Source of the DNA: Octopus vulgaris
Lineage: Eukaryota
Reading direction: 5' to 3'
DNA length: 64,000 bases
NCBI GenBank assembly: GCA_951406725.2
Contig: OX597829.1
Location: 22,258,001 to 22,322,000, forward strand
A model generated the notes under the pieces. That model was not told the DNA's origin and did not search any database. It saw only the letters and a program-made list of their open reading frames with translations. Shown piece after piece: positions 12,153-26,008 of this stretch (its first letter is position 1; the number at the start of each line of letters is the position of its first letter). Position numbers and translations under genes: made by a program.

Positions 12153-15100
12153 AGTGTTGATAATCCATTGTTTTTTATTATTTTTTGACAATGACAAAGC
12201 TTCTGATTTATCCCTCAAAATTCATATTTCAGGGAATTTTGTTTATGTTTGAGTGTCACTCAATTGCAGTTAGGATAATCTCTCAAAGTCATCGCTGATG
12301 GGTGACCTATTGAGCTATCCAATGTTTTCCTAAGTGCCTTGTACTTTTATTTTCCTTAAAAGTAGTAGGCTGTTTTGTTTGCCTGTTATCATTTCAATTA
12401 ATTTCTGTTCCTCTCATCTCTTGACAAATGGTTATTACAATTATACTACAGTTGAGCATTTAATGTCCCGAAAGTTGAGAGGAGTTTCACTTTGGGCTTA
12501 TTGTTCTTCAGTAATGTAATCAATCACAGACAACATTAAACCAGCAGTCTTTCCGAAGATGCCTGTCGTAATCATTCTTTCATGTTATGGTGTATTTTAT
12601 GTAAGGAAAGAAGTTCTTAAATAAACACAATATATGGTTTTTATGTGCTACCCATTGTATTAATTTAATAATATTTATCTCTCACCAGACAGAGTACTTT
12701 TTCTTGATTTTTACCATCACAGAAAAGTACACTGTGTGTGTGTGTATGCATGCATGCATGGTTGTCATAAGAATTGATAATCGTTCAAGAGAACATGAGA
12801 TAATTGGTTTTTGGAAGAGTGGATCTCGAAGCATATAAAGTTATAAATAAAAACATGTAAATACTGGGTTGAAAAATCTTCTTTGATAGATAGCAAAAGG
12901 CTGCCCCTGGGACAAGTAGTCTTCAGCTTTTACACTGTTTGTTCATATATATATATATATGTCTCTTATGTGGTGGTTTAATAAAGTATGTGATTGAGTA
13001 TTATCTGGTAATTGATATTTGATTTAGATGTATTTCTCCATTTTCTTATCTTATATATATATATATATATACATATATGATAAAGGTGGCTTATTTGCAA
13101 TTTACAACCAAAAGGCAGAACTATATATGTTACTAAAGTGACTGGGGTACTAGTTAGCACCAACATTGCTAGAAATAAGAGTGTCAAAACAACTCTTAGT
13201 CATGATAAAGCACTTATCTTATGACTGATAAGGGTGGCTTGTGTGTGTGTGTACGCATGCAATCTAGATTCTTTTTTCCCTGTTTACTGTACTACACTCA
13301 CTGGCACTCTGGAGATACCAGGGCTGTGTTTGTAAATTTCGAATGAGGTATCACTGTTGCATAGGGCCCACTTTTGGGTCTCCTCTTCTTCAGAAACATC
13401 TCAGTCTCTCTAAATTTGAGAGTCAAAAGATCAGATAGGTTCTTGAGGTCAGATGGGAGCAACACATCTGCAAGTTACTGCAGTGGGACATCTTGATAGG
13501 GGATCTGAATAGACATTAAACATACATGAGAGATAGAGAGAGTGATAGAGAGAGTGAGAGAGAGACGGTGTGTATGGACAGGCACACACATGGCTGTACA
13601 ATTAAAACATTCACTATGTAACCACATGGTTCAGGGATCATTGTCCCTACATAGCACGAGGGGTTTTGTCTTTTGTAGCTTCAGGTCGTGGCGTGGGAGA
13701 GCTGCACTCGTGAATTAAATTGGACCAATGGCCTTATCATGGTCCCAACAATCCAACCTCTGCCCCATTGTGCTTTGATGCAGGTTGTATATATGTGTGT
13801 GAAAACATATGTATATATTTATGTGTGTGTGTTTGTAATTTTTTCTTATCTTCACATGTGTTCTCTGATGGCAAACAAAAGGCTGATTCAAACACCGTTT
13901 GTTTCCAGTTCTCTGCATAAACATATCCAGGCCAGTTCTTTTTTTGTCTGCCAGAAAGTGGTGGTGGTTATCACCTTACTTGGAAATGGGTGAAGGTTGG
14001 TGTCAGAGAGGGCATCAGGCCATAGAAAACTCTGACCTGTCCAAGCACGGAACAGTTGGCATTAAAATAACATGTGCAGGCATTCACGCACACACACATA
14101 TATATATATACACATACATACCCACAGGTGTGTGTATGTATGTATTCTTTTATTAGTATGTCACTGAACTGCAGCATTTAAGGCACGACCTTCAAGAGTT
14201 TAATCCATTGTATCCCCCCCCCCGCCGCCCAATACTTATGTCAGTGTTGTTCATATTTATATTATTAACCAATAATTCATGGAACCTATCAGGACACGAA
14301 GGTAAACTCTTCAGGAAACAAAAACCATAGCCATGGACATGCATGTATGTGTGCACATGCACACATAGATGCATGTGCTCGCATGCATGTGTAGTTTTCA
14401 CCTACCAAACCCCACTCAAAAGTTATTGTCTAATCCATAACTATTAGTATAAGGTTTCCCAATTTGTCTTGCACTGAAGTCAGACTTGCGACTATGTAGT
14501 CATAAAATGAACTTATTCAAACCACATATGTACAACTTTTGTATGCACCTTTTTTTCTCTGCTTGGCCAGGCAAATATTGCCATATTTTGCAAAGTGTTT
14601 TTTTGTAAGTTTTAAGATTTGTTATCACTGGCTGCTTATTTATGATATTGTTTATGGTTTTGCCTCATTGGACTAATTTTGCTGTTCAGTGTTATGGCAC
14701 TCAAAGAATCTCTCTGTAAAGTCATCCAACCAATTAGTTTGTGACGTTGGCTGTTTGCCAGTCTAATGCAACAGGGCTAATTTTGACTGCTACATAGTTT
14801 ACTATAGCTTGCATATATATGTGTGTGTGTATGTATGTATATATATATATTATGTATTATATATTAAGGTTTGCAAGCAGAAATCGCAGCTTTATATATA
14901 ATTATATAAAATTATATATATTTATATATACACTCATACATATATAATTTTGCGACTTCTGCTATGTAAACCATTATTTTTCACCCTCCCTTCAAATACA
15001 CATTTCTTTTCCATTCATTCTTTTTATATACACACACACTACACACACTTCGAATGTGGTTAATAATATAATATTGCACATGGTTTTAGGATTATTTGCT

Positions 15101-16694
15101 TTATAGACAATTTTTTGTTTGTTTTTTTTTTCCTACTCAGGTACAAAAATAGCTCTTAAAGAAATAGCATTGTTGTGAGAATGTAGTTAGACCAGTTTGT
15201 TATTTCTAAATACCTAATCTGCCCACCTTCAAAAACCAAATCAGGAAAAAAAAAAAATTATCAAAACAATGTATTTAATATCTTTTGTTTGGGTAGGTTT
15301 TTGTTGTCATAAATATATGTATGTATGTATGTGTGTGTGTATACATACATATGTGCTGACATATATGTGTGTGTATATATATTGTTTTAGTTGTCTCTCA
15401 CCAGCCTATGCCATTTTTTACTCCTCATATTTTACTATTCTTGGGACATAGAAGTGGAACCTGTTTTGTCAGTCAGACAGATTGTGGCAAACAGTATCGT
15501 TGTGTCTTGCCCAGTAGCTGCAATAAAGTTTGAGCTGTTGGCTGTATAGTTAGTGAGTCTTCCAACACCTTAAATTATCAGCCTTTATGATTATTTGTCT
15601 CTTTGATGCAGGGGCACTGTTTTGTCGTGTGCTCCAGTTCACTGAACTATCAAAAGTGCAGTGTACCTGTATTTCAAAAGGCCATTGTGTCACATTGAAT
15701 TTCTCTGAGAACTGCGTTAGAGTTACTGCACGACTGTGGAGTGCTCAGCTGCTTGCACATTAATTTCACGAGTAGGCTGTTGCATTGATTGAATCAACTG
15801 GAACACTCGTCATCATAACTGATGGAGTGTCAAGTGTGTGTATAGTTTCAGTATGGTTTCTATCAAATTCCATTCACACAGGTTTAGCTAACTCAAGGGT
15901 TTCGTAGAAGGCACTTTTGTCTTTTACTTGTTTCAGTCATTGGACTGTGGCCATGCTGGGACACATCCTTGAAGTAATTAGTTGAATAAATTAACCCTAG
16001 TATTTATTTATTTACTAGCACTATTACCCGGCAACACCGGAAGGTTCATATGCTTTATGATAATACATTTAGGTACTATAGTCCCCTTGAAGTTCAAGTG
16101 ATTTCATTATACAAAGCCTCATCATCATCATCACTTGACCGTTTTTTTTGTATGTTTGTATGGGTCCGACAAAATTTGAGACAAGTTTTATACAACCAGA
16201 TGCCCATCCTGTCACAAGACAGGATATGCATCTGGTTTCCAAGCAAGATGATATTTCACAATGGTTAGACATGTTCATGCAGGATATTAGAAGTGAACAA
16301 TACTGCATGTATGACAGGGACACTCATTTACGACTATTATGTGATGTCAAGGCAAGGACACACACACACATACATACATACAACAGACTTTTTTCCTCAT
16401 TTTGTCTACCAAATCCACTTACAAGGCTTTGATTGACCCAGGGCTATAGCAGAAGGTGCTTCACAGCCATGCCTGTGGGATACATATCTCTGTGCTTTAA
16501 CAGTATTACTTCAATCTTGATACTCTTCATTGCAGAAACACAGTCTCTGCTGCTTCTGCTATAGCGATCATATAAACTGACATTGCAATAGAAATCTGTT
16601 TAGTTTTGGTATTGAATTCCATCAGGTGTTAGTTTACCAATCATTGCTTCCAAGTTATTGTAAAACTTCACAGTAGCTCATATTTTATAAGAAA

Positions 16695-17208
16695 CTAGCA
16701 GTATCGCCCGGCGTTGCTCGGGTTTGTAAGGGAAATAACTATATAAGCATTTTTAGAGAGTTACTTCCCTTATAGATGCCAATTTGGGCTTACTTAGCCA
16801 TTTCTGTTTTGGTGTCTTCAAGCCATGAAGTCGTTGTTCTAAAAGAACGCTGGTCTCCTTGACAACGCTTTACGACGTTGATTTCCTTACACTCCCTTCC
16901 CCACAGCTTCACGAGGGAGGGAAGAAGGGGAGAAGCAAACAGGTGCAGGTGTGACCATGGACGCCAACTCCGCCGCCATCAACACACGAAAAATTATGCA
17001 TTAAAATGGAATAAAAAAAATGATGTTAAATTATTTTTTAAATCGTAGACTCATCGTAGACGCGCGCTAATACTCAGACGGGCTCGATATGAATCACGAC
17101 TATAAGATACCCGAATTTGGTTAAACTGCACCGCAAAATGTGGGAGTAGTTAGGAATCTAAATCGAAGGGGACAGACACTCACACAACTACAGTTTTATA
17201 TATATAGA
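16695..17208 (-). mobile_element. Non-autonomous Helitron
   Basis: The minus strand starts TC(TATATATATAAAA) and ends with a CCCGAGCAACGCCGGG hairpin followed by CTAG. It sits between A and T with no TSD. A short related terminus is at 16015-16042. Confidence 0.8.
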
Positions 17209-17249
17209 TTACTTTCAAAGGAAATTTAAAAATAAATAAATTAAATAGA

Positions 17250-17815
17250 TGCAGGAGTGACTGTATGGTAAGAAGCTTGCTTCCCAGCCACATGGTTCCT
17301 GGTTCAATCCTACTGCATGGTACCTTGGACAAGTGTCTTCTACTATAGCCTCGGGTCAACAAAAGCCTTGTGAGTGGATTTGGAAGACAGAAACTGAAAG
17401 AGGCCCATTGTGTGTGTACATATATATATATGGCAAATGAAAAATGGAGGATGGTATATATACAAGAATTCATTATTAATCACGACAATTGTTTTAACAC
17501 ATCTAGCATTGGTCTCTTATGGCTGGGACGCTCAACAATTGGTTCAGGAGCATCTAGCAGTGCAGATGTGTATATGTATGTATGAACGTATTTATGTGTG
17601 TATGTGTGTGTGTCTCTGTTTGTCCCCCTACCATCGCCTGATGATTAGTGTTGGTGTGTTTACATTCCTGTAACTTAGTAGTTCAGCAAAAAAAAAAAAA
17701 AAAAACATAAAATAAGTAGTAGGCTTACAAAGAATAAGTCCTGGGGTTGATTCGTTCATCTAAATGTGGTGCTCCAGCATGGTCACAATCAAATGACTGA
17801 AACAAGTAAAAGAGT
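17250..17815 (+). mobile_element. SINE family 1 copy with internal insertion
   Basis: Head, core and tail segments match 44689-45094. Confidence 0.75.
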
Positions 17816-19006
17816 TAGGAGTTTTGGGAGGGCCGAGGTGGTACAGTTGAAGATTTAGCTAAGTTAAGAGGAACTCTTTAAAATAAGTGATTCAGGCATT
17901 GATTAAATTAGTGTCACACACCTGGTCATTTTGGAAGAATCATTGGAATATCAGGCAAAAAAAGGCCTGCAGCATTTCTTCCAGCTGTTTACATTCTGAG
18001 TTCAAATCCCACAAAAGTCAACATTGCCTCTTGTCCCTTAGGTTCAATAAAATACCAGACAAGTACTGGGCTTGATTTAACTCTTTAGCATGTCAGATTC
18101 CTCTACCAAACCTTATGTTTGGTAGAGTAATCCTTTTTTATTCATATTGTTTTGAATTAACTATGCATTATCTCATAGCCTCGAGATTTTCATTATATAA
18201 TTGTTTATTTTAAGAATGACATTGTAGGGTTAGTGTGAGAGGCTGGATATGGCTGGTTTAAATGTTAAAGGTTTAATCTATTATTCCCCACCCCCAAATT
18301 TTGTGTTCCTGTTCTAGAAAATATTGATAATGGTAGTAGTTGTTGCTGTTGGCAGATTGATAGACAATGTCTTCCTCTATTTAATCATAGATCTGTACAT
18401 TCTTGGTTGAAAAAACACAGAAGCTGGTTTTGAATTTTACCCTATTATGGAGTTGATGTAATAAATCCTAGTCTAGTATGAAATAAATTTGGCAGCACAC
18501 TCTTGACATATTGTCCCATTGTGTGGCACCCTGGACAAAAGTGTCTTCTGCCATAATTCTGGGCCAACTAATGCCTTGAGAGTGAATTCAATTGACAGAA
18601 ACTGTACAAAGCCCATCGTGTGTGTAAATGTTTACATTCTGCACTTCACTGAAAATTACTGAGCTATAAGTAATGGTGTTTGTTGAGTTACACTTTCAAC
18701 AAATCTGATATACTTGGTCTTTCAAAGACAAATGGAGTGAAAACTTCCACATATAAAAACATTACTTCAATAACACATATTAATCTAACCCATGCTAGTG
18801 TGGAAAATCTGACATAAAACAGTTTTCCTTTGGCCTGAAGAGAAAGACAGTTGTCCACTGTCTGGTGACTTCACTCTTTGGTCAAGCCCTTATCAACTTC
18901 TTACGAGAAGAAAATGAAGTTGGAGGAGGAGGTCCTGCTTTCCAGTAAATTTACTGAAAGGTGGGCAAGAACGGGAGTATGGCCCGTGTAAATGGTTCTA
19001 CTTCCA

Positions 19007-19044
<38 letters not shown>

Positions 19045-19237
19045 TCGTTGCAGAAGAGACAAAGTATTTACCTTTAGAAGTTAAGGTAATCGGGGACTTA
19101 TGGGGTACCCATATTTCAAGCCCCTTGTTCCATTCCTGTGGCACGCTTGTTTTTCATGTCATTTTTTTCCTCATTGATTTTAATGCATTCCCAGCTATTG
19201 CCTTTGCAGCAAATAAATTACTATTGTTATTATTATT

Positions 19238-19690
19238 AAGGTAGAGAACTGGCAGAATCATTAGCATGCTGGACAAAATGCTTAACGGTATTTCACCCAT
19301 CGTTACATTCCGAGTTCAAATAACGCCAAGATCGACTTTGCCTTTCATCCTTTCTGGGTCGATAATTAAATAGCAGTGAAACACTGGTGGGATCAACATA
19401 ATCAACTTATCCCCTCTCCCAAAATGGCTGCCCTTGTGGCAAAATTTGAAACCATTATTATTATTATTATTAAGAAGGCAAGCTGGCAGAATTGTTAGCA
19501 TGCCAGGCAAAATGCTTAGCAGCATTTTGTCCATCTTTTGTTCTGATCTCAAATTCCACCAAGGTCGACTTTGTCTTTTATCCTTTCAGGATCTATTTAA
19601 TAAGTACATTGAACACTGGGGTCAATGTAATTGACTCAAACCCACCTACCTTAAAGATTATTGGTTTTTATGCCAAAATTTGAAACCATG
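19238..19690 (+). mobile_element. Two tandem SINE family 2 copies just upstream of the FFAT exon
   Basis: CTGGCAGAAT..TTAGCA heads and (ATT)n tails. Confidence 0.8.
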
Positions 19691-19781
19691 ATTATTATTA
19701 TTATTATTATTATTATTATCATCATTATTATTATTATATTTATAATTTGTTTTGTTTTGTTTTTTTTATATCTGTTATTAG

Positions 19782-19875
19782 TTCCCCAGTCTTCTGATGA
19801 AGATGAATTCTTTGAAGCAGTTGAACATCAAGTTGAAGAATTCAGTGTGGCGCTTCCATATGACAAAACTCATAG
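19782..19875 (+). CDS. OSBP: OSBP exon B with FFAT motif (VPQSSDEDEFFEAVEHQVEEFSVALPYDKTHR)
   Basis: U-rich tract ending ttag at 19780-81, donor GTTTGT at 19876. Phase 1 to 2 fits both neighbours. EFFEAVE matches the FFAT consensus EFFDAxE. Confidence 0.9.
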
Positions 19876-20898
19876 GTTTGTAACCAGCTTTCTCTCTCTT
19901 CTATTCTTCTCACCACCACGACCACGACCATCACTACACAATATTGAAGACATGCTTTTTCTGGAATGACACAAACAAATGTGTTACCAGAAGTTTACGT
20001 TAGCAATGTTTAGCAAACAAAATTGGATTTTTTTTAATATGAAGAGAGTTTAAAAGTGATATATTTATTGTTAACAATATTATTGTTATTATTATTATTG
20101 TTATTATCATTTAGTAGTTGTCAGAAACAGTAATGTGGTGGAGTAAATGCCTCCTAGTAGTATTACATTTCTTGTCAGTTGAAATCCTGCTGGGGTTGGC
20201 TTCTGGGAGTTGTTTAAATTGACTTACACCACTCCTCGAAATTTGTGGCCTGCTGCCAAACTTGGAACTCATTATTTTTAGTAATCGTAATACTTGTACA
20301 AGATGTTGTAGGTGCTTGTGGTATTATTGTTGTTGATGTTGTTGGTAATGGTGGTGTTTATAATAATAGTAATAACAACAGTTGTTGTTTCACAAGACAC
20401 TGTAAAGAAATAAATTTATTGAAAAAACAAAAGAAAAATTTCAATTAGTGGCAGTTCTGCCTGCAAAACTGTGCAACATTATTGAAACATCTCTCATGAA
20501 GAAACCTCTATGTGGTTGCTTGATTTTCTAAATATAGCAGCTAAAATCCTACCCCCTCCCCACTCGTGTCATCCTCAGACACATTTGGCAATGTAATTCT
20601 CACTGTACAAAAACTCAGAAGATTGATCATGATTGCAACAGCTTTGATTTTAAGTGTTGCTTGATGGAGATTGACCTTTGCAGCCTTTTTTCACTTGTGG
20701 CACACTTATATTCTTTTCAAAATTTGGTGACACACCTGAACTAAAAATATAACTAAAAGTATAAGGGGAAAAATTATATTCAGGTTACACTGTGGCACAC
20801 CATTGTTCTGCGGCATACTGGTTGCGGAGCACTGGTATAGAGCATGAGGTAAGATATATTAAAACCTTTCTATTTATTATTATGTCTGTTGTTTCCAG

Positions 20899-21043
20899 GA
20901 GAACTGGCAGTGGTGTTAGCATTGACAGTTTGGATCAAGTCCTTGAGCCACAAAGTTCATCAGAATCAGATGGGGAAGATAATACCAAAGAGGCTAGAGT
21001 TGTTTGTGCTAAATCAGAATCTTCACCTAAGAGGACAACTTCA
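20899..21043 (+). CDS. OSBP: OSBP exon C, Ser-rich linker (RRTGSGVSIDSLDQ...SPKRTTS)
   Basis: Acceptor ttccag at 20897-98, donor GTAAGT at 21044. Phase 2 to 0. HRRTGS resembles OSBP1 HKRTGS. Confidence 0.88.
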
Positions 21044-21169
21044 GTAAGTATTGACCATTTTTCTGATATTTTCTGCAGAATATTAAGTCCAAGTCAGAAA
21101 GATTCTACAAGAACTGTAAACATCTTTCTTTGCTACATTTATGTCTGTTGGAAGGTTATAAAAATTGGT

Positions 21170-21870
21170 ATCATCATCATCATCATCGTTTAACGTCCGC
21201 TTTCAATGCTAGCATGGGTTGGACGATTTTGACTGAGGGCTGGCAAGCCAGATGGCTGCACCAGGCTCCAATCTTGATCTGGCAGAGTTTCTACAGCTGG
21301 ATGCCCTTCCTAACGCCAGCCACTCCGAGAGTTTTGTGGATGCCTTTTACGTGCCACCTGCACGGGGGCCAGTCAGGCGGTACTGGCAACGACCTCGCTC
21401 GAATCTTTTTACACGTGCCACCGGCACAACGTTGGTAACGATCACACTCGAATGGTGCCCTTTTACGTGCCACGGGTACGGAAGCCAGTTGGCTGCTCTG
21501 GCAACGATCACGCTCGGATGGTGCTCTTGGCACCCTACTAGCATAGGCATAAGTGCCAGTAAAGCGACGCTGGTAACGATCATACTCAAATAGCCTCTCT
21601 GTCAACGATCACACTCGTATGGTGCTCTTTGCACCCTGCTGACATGAATGCCAGTCACATTAAAAAAAGGAAGAAGAAAAAATAACATTGTGTAACATTG
21701 CATTTGTGCCAATAAGATGCACTTTCTGGTTCCCCGTAAAATGCATTCGTGTTGGTTCCACATAAAGTGCACTTGTACTGGTGCCATGAAAGTGTATATG
21801 TGCCAGTGCAACGTAAGTGACATGTAAAATGCACTTATGCTGGTGTCACATAAAAGCACTGAGGATCTCA
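21170..21870 (-). mobile_element. Family 3 element with tandem subrepeats
   Basis: Same tail and GGATGCCCTTCCTAACGCC domain. Repeats of AACGATCACACTCG. Confidence 0.75.
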
Positions 21871-22923
21871 AACATAAAATTGACTATCTATGCGCATTTG
21901 CCTGGCTGCCTACAGGCTGGCATCATACAACGTGAAGAAAAACATTATAACCAGTGAAATATAAGTGAATCTGATAGTCTGGTTGTATCAGTGTCATATA
22001 ATTATACTCAGTAAAATTATATAATTATACTCGGTATAATTGTACTTTCTGTAAAATGATTGGCATTAGGAAGGGCATCCAGCTATAGAAACCCTGCCAA
22101 AACAGACAATTGGAGTCTGGTCAGCTCTTGTTAAACCATCCAGCTCATGCCAGCATATAAAACAGATATTAAACCATAATGATCTTAAATCTGCTTTTTA
22201 ATGTTTGTATTTGATGGGCTTTTCTATTTTTTTTTTTTGATCTCAGAGTTTAAAATGTGCAGGGTCTTCCTCCTTATCCCCACCACCACCACTGAGTAAT
22301 ATAAATTATTTATTCCTCATTCCTTGTCAAATTAATCAATTAGTGCAAGGAAGTGTTATCATCAAAGACTTGTCTTTGATGATAACAGTCAATACTGACT
22401 GATTTCAAAGAATTACGTAAATGGAGATTACAGATTAAAAAAAAAAATTTTTATCGTGATCTAAAGGTTACTCTGAGAAACTAAGAGCAAAACACAGTAT
22501 GATACTTGAAATATGAAATAAACTTTTGAGAGTTTTGTTTATGCATGTGTGTATGTGGTGAGATATACAGTGAATTGCTGTACTCAAGAAGACCTTCCTA
22601 CCATGTGGCCTAAACCCAAGGCACCATGTTAAAAGCTTTGATGTGGTTGTTGGTGCCACGTAAAAAGCACCCAGTTCTCTCTGTAAAGTGGTTGGCATTA
22701 GGAAGGGCATGCAGCCATAAAAACCAAGACAAAACAGACTGGAACCTGGTGCGGTTTCTGGCCTTGCCAGTTCCTGTTAAGACATCCAACCTATGCTACC
22801 AAAAACCCGATGTTAGGTGTTGTTGATGATGTTTTCTGTAAACTTTTATAGAGCTCATGAAAGAATGTTGTGATGATGATTACATGTTGTAGTAATCAAC
22901 CTTGTGGTTATAGCTCTCTCTCA

Positions 22924-22961
<38 letters not shown>

Positions 22962-23009
22962 CTATCTCTCTCTTTCTCTCTCTCTCAATCTGTACATTTT
23001 GTCTTACAG

Positions 23010-23207
23010 AAAGATGGTGCTAAATGTTCACACCGAAGAAATGCCAGTCAAGACAAAAACAGGCAAAGCTCTATCAGTGAAAGTAGTATAGGACAACGCC
23101 CAAGGGTTCGTCGGAAAGCTATATTGGAACGACCAAACTATAGTCTGAATTTATGGAGCATTATGAAAAATTGTATTGGCAAAGAGCTTTCTAAAATCCC
23201 CATGCCT
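23010..23207 (+). CDS. OSBP: OSBP exon D, start of ORD (KDGAK...ERPNYSLNLWSIMKNCIGKELSKIPMP)
   Basis: Acceptor ttacag at 23008-09, donor GTAAGT at 23208. Open frame with the hallmark LWSIMKNCIGKELSKIPMP. Confidence 0.93.
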
Positions 23208-23352
23208 GTAAGTTGTGCTACCACTGTTTCATATCTTCTGTTTTCTCTTACACATTCTTTTTATTTGTTACTATACCTGAAAAAAGACCGAAAACAAAAA
23301 TATAGAGCCTGTTTGATTGTAATTAAGTTTAATTTGAATTTTCTCTTGGTAG

Positions 23353-23598
23353 GTTAATTTTAATGAGCCGCTTTCAATGTTACAACGACTTACTGAAGAC
23401 TTTGAATATTCTGAGTGCCTTGACCAGGCAGCACGCTGTGAATTATCTGCTGAACAGATGGCATATGTGGCCGCTTTTACCATCTCTTCTTATTCCACTA
23501 CTACCAACCGTACCAGCAAGCCTTTCAACCCATTGCTTGGAGAGACTTATGAGTGTGATCGCACTGATGATTATGGATGGAGAGCACTTGCAGAGCAG
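23353..23598 (+). CDS. OSBP: OSBP exon E (VNFNEPLSMLQRLTED...KPFNPLLGETYE...ALAEQ)
   Basis: AG at 23351-52 and GT at 23599. Conserved ORD motifs FNEPLSMLQR and KPFNPLLGET. Phase 0 to 0. Confidence 0.96.
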
Positions 23599-23632
23599 GT
23601 TGTATTTATATATATTTATTTATTTATATATA

Positions 23633-23682
<50 letters not shown>

Positions 23683-25259
23683 GACACATATATGTACTCA
23701 CACATGCATGTATTTTTTTTTTTGGAGTGGCGGGGTTATATGTTATGGGAATAATAATAATAATGGAACACCTCTCCCTCACAAGTGGTATGTGCTAGAC
23801 ATTGCAAATACTGTGATGTCAAGAAGTCGGTCATAGATAGTTATGTCATACCTGCCTAACTAACTATTCAACTATACTGGAGTGGTCGTATAACAGTCCA
23901 ACATTGGATTGCAACATTATCTCAACTATTTTTTAAAGTTTTTGTTCATTTTCCCTTTTCAATGTCATGTAACTGACACATAAAAATCACCCCTCAGACG
24001 TTTGGAAGACTTGTCAGGCCAAGTGAATTGAAGCTATAGCTGATATTAGTGCCGGTTGACTGGCACCTGTGCCAGTGACACATAAAAACCACCATTTAAG
24101 TGTGTGGCCAATGTCAGTATCATGTCAATGGCACCCATGCTAGTGGCATATAAAACGCACTCGCTACGCTCCTAGAGTGATTGGCATTAGGAAGGGCATC
24201 CAGCTGTAGCAATCATGCTGAAACCAGATTGGATGGAGCCTAGTGTAGCTCCCAGACTTACCAATTTTCAATCAAACTGTCCAACCCATGCCAGCATGGA
24301 AAACACATTAAATAATGATGATGAGTCTATCCATATTCTCTGCTATTAATGTCAGACCATCTACGTGTGACAGCTCCCATGGTGAACCTTCTTTTAATGT
24401 CTATTGCTAGCACCTCCATTACAATTACAAATTGTAGTGAGCTTAATGCTGAGCCCTAATGCATCTCAGCCTTCATTCCAAACTCATCCATGTCCCCGTT
24501 TTTTTGCTGTTACAACTATGTGTGCTCTCTCTCTCATTTCTCTAAACAATTCATTCTTCACTCCTAACTCTCTCAGTGCTCATGTCACCAATCAAGGTGA
24601 CTCTTTTTCCAGATCAACAAGTAATGAATTGGTAGAGTCATTTAAGTGTAGGACAAAATGCCTTCTGGTATTTATTCTGCACCCCAAGATCAACTTTGCC
24701 ATTTATTATCCTTTTGGAATTCGGTAAAATAAAGCACCATTCTGCAATAATGCATTGCTGGAATTGTTAGGAGATTGGAAACAAATACCATAAAGTACTT
24801 GCTAAAGCCAGTGCTCTGTCTCCTTGGTTGATAAACTTTATCCATTAACCAGTTTAACATCACTACCTGGGCTTTGGGCCAGGTCTTTGGTTTAAGTCTT
24901 CCCTTCACTCAACCAGTCTTGAAGACCCTAAAAAAGAATGAAGTATCATGAGTGTTACACTGTCCCTTTCCTATGACTAAGCAGTAAAAATATAAAAAAC
25001 TACAAACCCAATTTGTTACTCAGGTCTCTTTCTGATGTAAATACACACTGTGTTTCATCTATCTTTGCTTTCCTTTTTATTCTCTTTAACAGCCTTTCTA
25101 ATACTTTCATTCCATGAACCGATAATATAACTATTTTATTCCAGCCAAAGTGTCAGGAAAGAAGGGAGTGAGGGAGGGAGGAGCATTTTACTACATTGTT
25201 GTTGACTAACAGTTGTTTCTCAAGAGATTAGCAATAACACTGATGATCTTTTTATTTAG

Positions 25260-25377
25260 GTAAGTCACCATCCTCCAATGTGTGCACAGTATACAGAAGG
25301 AAGGGGTTGGCGCTTGTGGCAGGAGTTCACAATGATGAGCAAATTCCGTGGCAAATATCTTCAGATTATACCCATGG
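25260..25377 (+). CDS. OSBP: OSBP exon F (VSHHPPMCAQYTEGRGWRLWQEFTMMSKFRGKYLQIIPMG)
   Basis: Acceptor tttag at 25258-59, donor GTAAGT at 25378. Completes the EQVSHHPP OSBP signature. Phase 0 to 1. Not present in the ORF track. Confidence 0.96.
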
Positions 25378-26008
25378 GTAAGTCTTTTTTTCCAAAACCT
25401 TATATATCTGGTATATTTCATTGTTGTTGGTAGGACGCTTCCACTTTGAAGTAGCCATCTTCTAATCTTAGACTAATGCAAATATAGTGTAGCCAGGGAG
25501 AAGACTTGTTTTAATTTATATGAACATTATCTATTGCTATATTAGTATAAAAATTGTTCATGCAGTACAAGAAGAGGAATATTCAGATGAAATGACATCA
25601 GTTACAAGTTCAGATAATCTTTTTTCAGAAATTCAACATTCGGGCTAGTTTTTACATATCAGTGCATATTCTTGTTGCTGAGATGCTATGGTGTGTTGCA
25701 TAAGGTTAAATACGTAGGTGCGAAAACAGCTGTGTGTCGAGAGTAAAACCTACCATGAATCAGATCACTTTAAAGTTTACACGCTCAAATGAACTGCATT
25801 TGTAGGCAGAAGGTTCTAGTCATGCAACCGGATTATCACATGGACAACTGCCATTGGTTGGACTGAAAGTGGGTTTGCTCACATGATCAACTTGTGTTTA
25901 CTATGTGGCAAAACATTGGGGTCAGATCCAACTGTTCGGCAAGTTTCAAACACCATTAAGGGGAATGGGGTAACAGTTAGTGCTAATCCTTGGGAGGAAC
26001 ATAGCTGT

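Noticed and set aside
19788-19790. Alternative acceptor cccag 8 nt inside exon B
   Set aside because: It would need phase 0, but the upstream exon ends in phase 1, so it shifts the frame.
21130-21871. Recurring ORFs with 'FLQLDALPNANHS' or 'SVYQIHSQG...CPRCHAVGLNPEP' motifs
   Set aside because: They are translations of non-coding SINE and family 3 repeats found many times on both strands.
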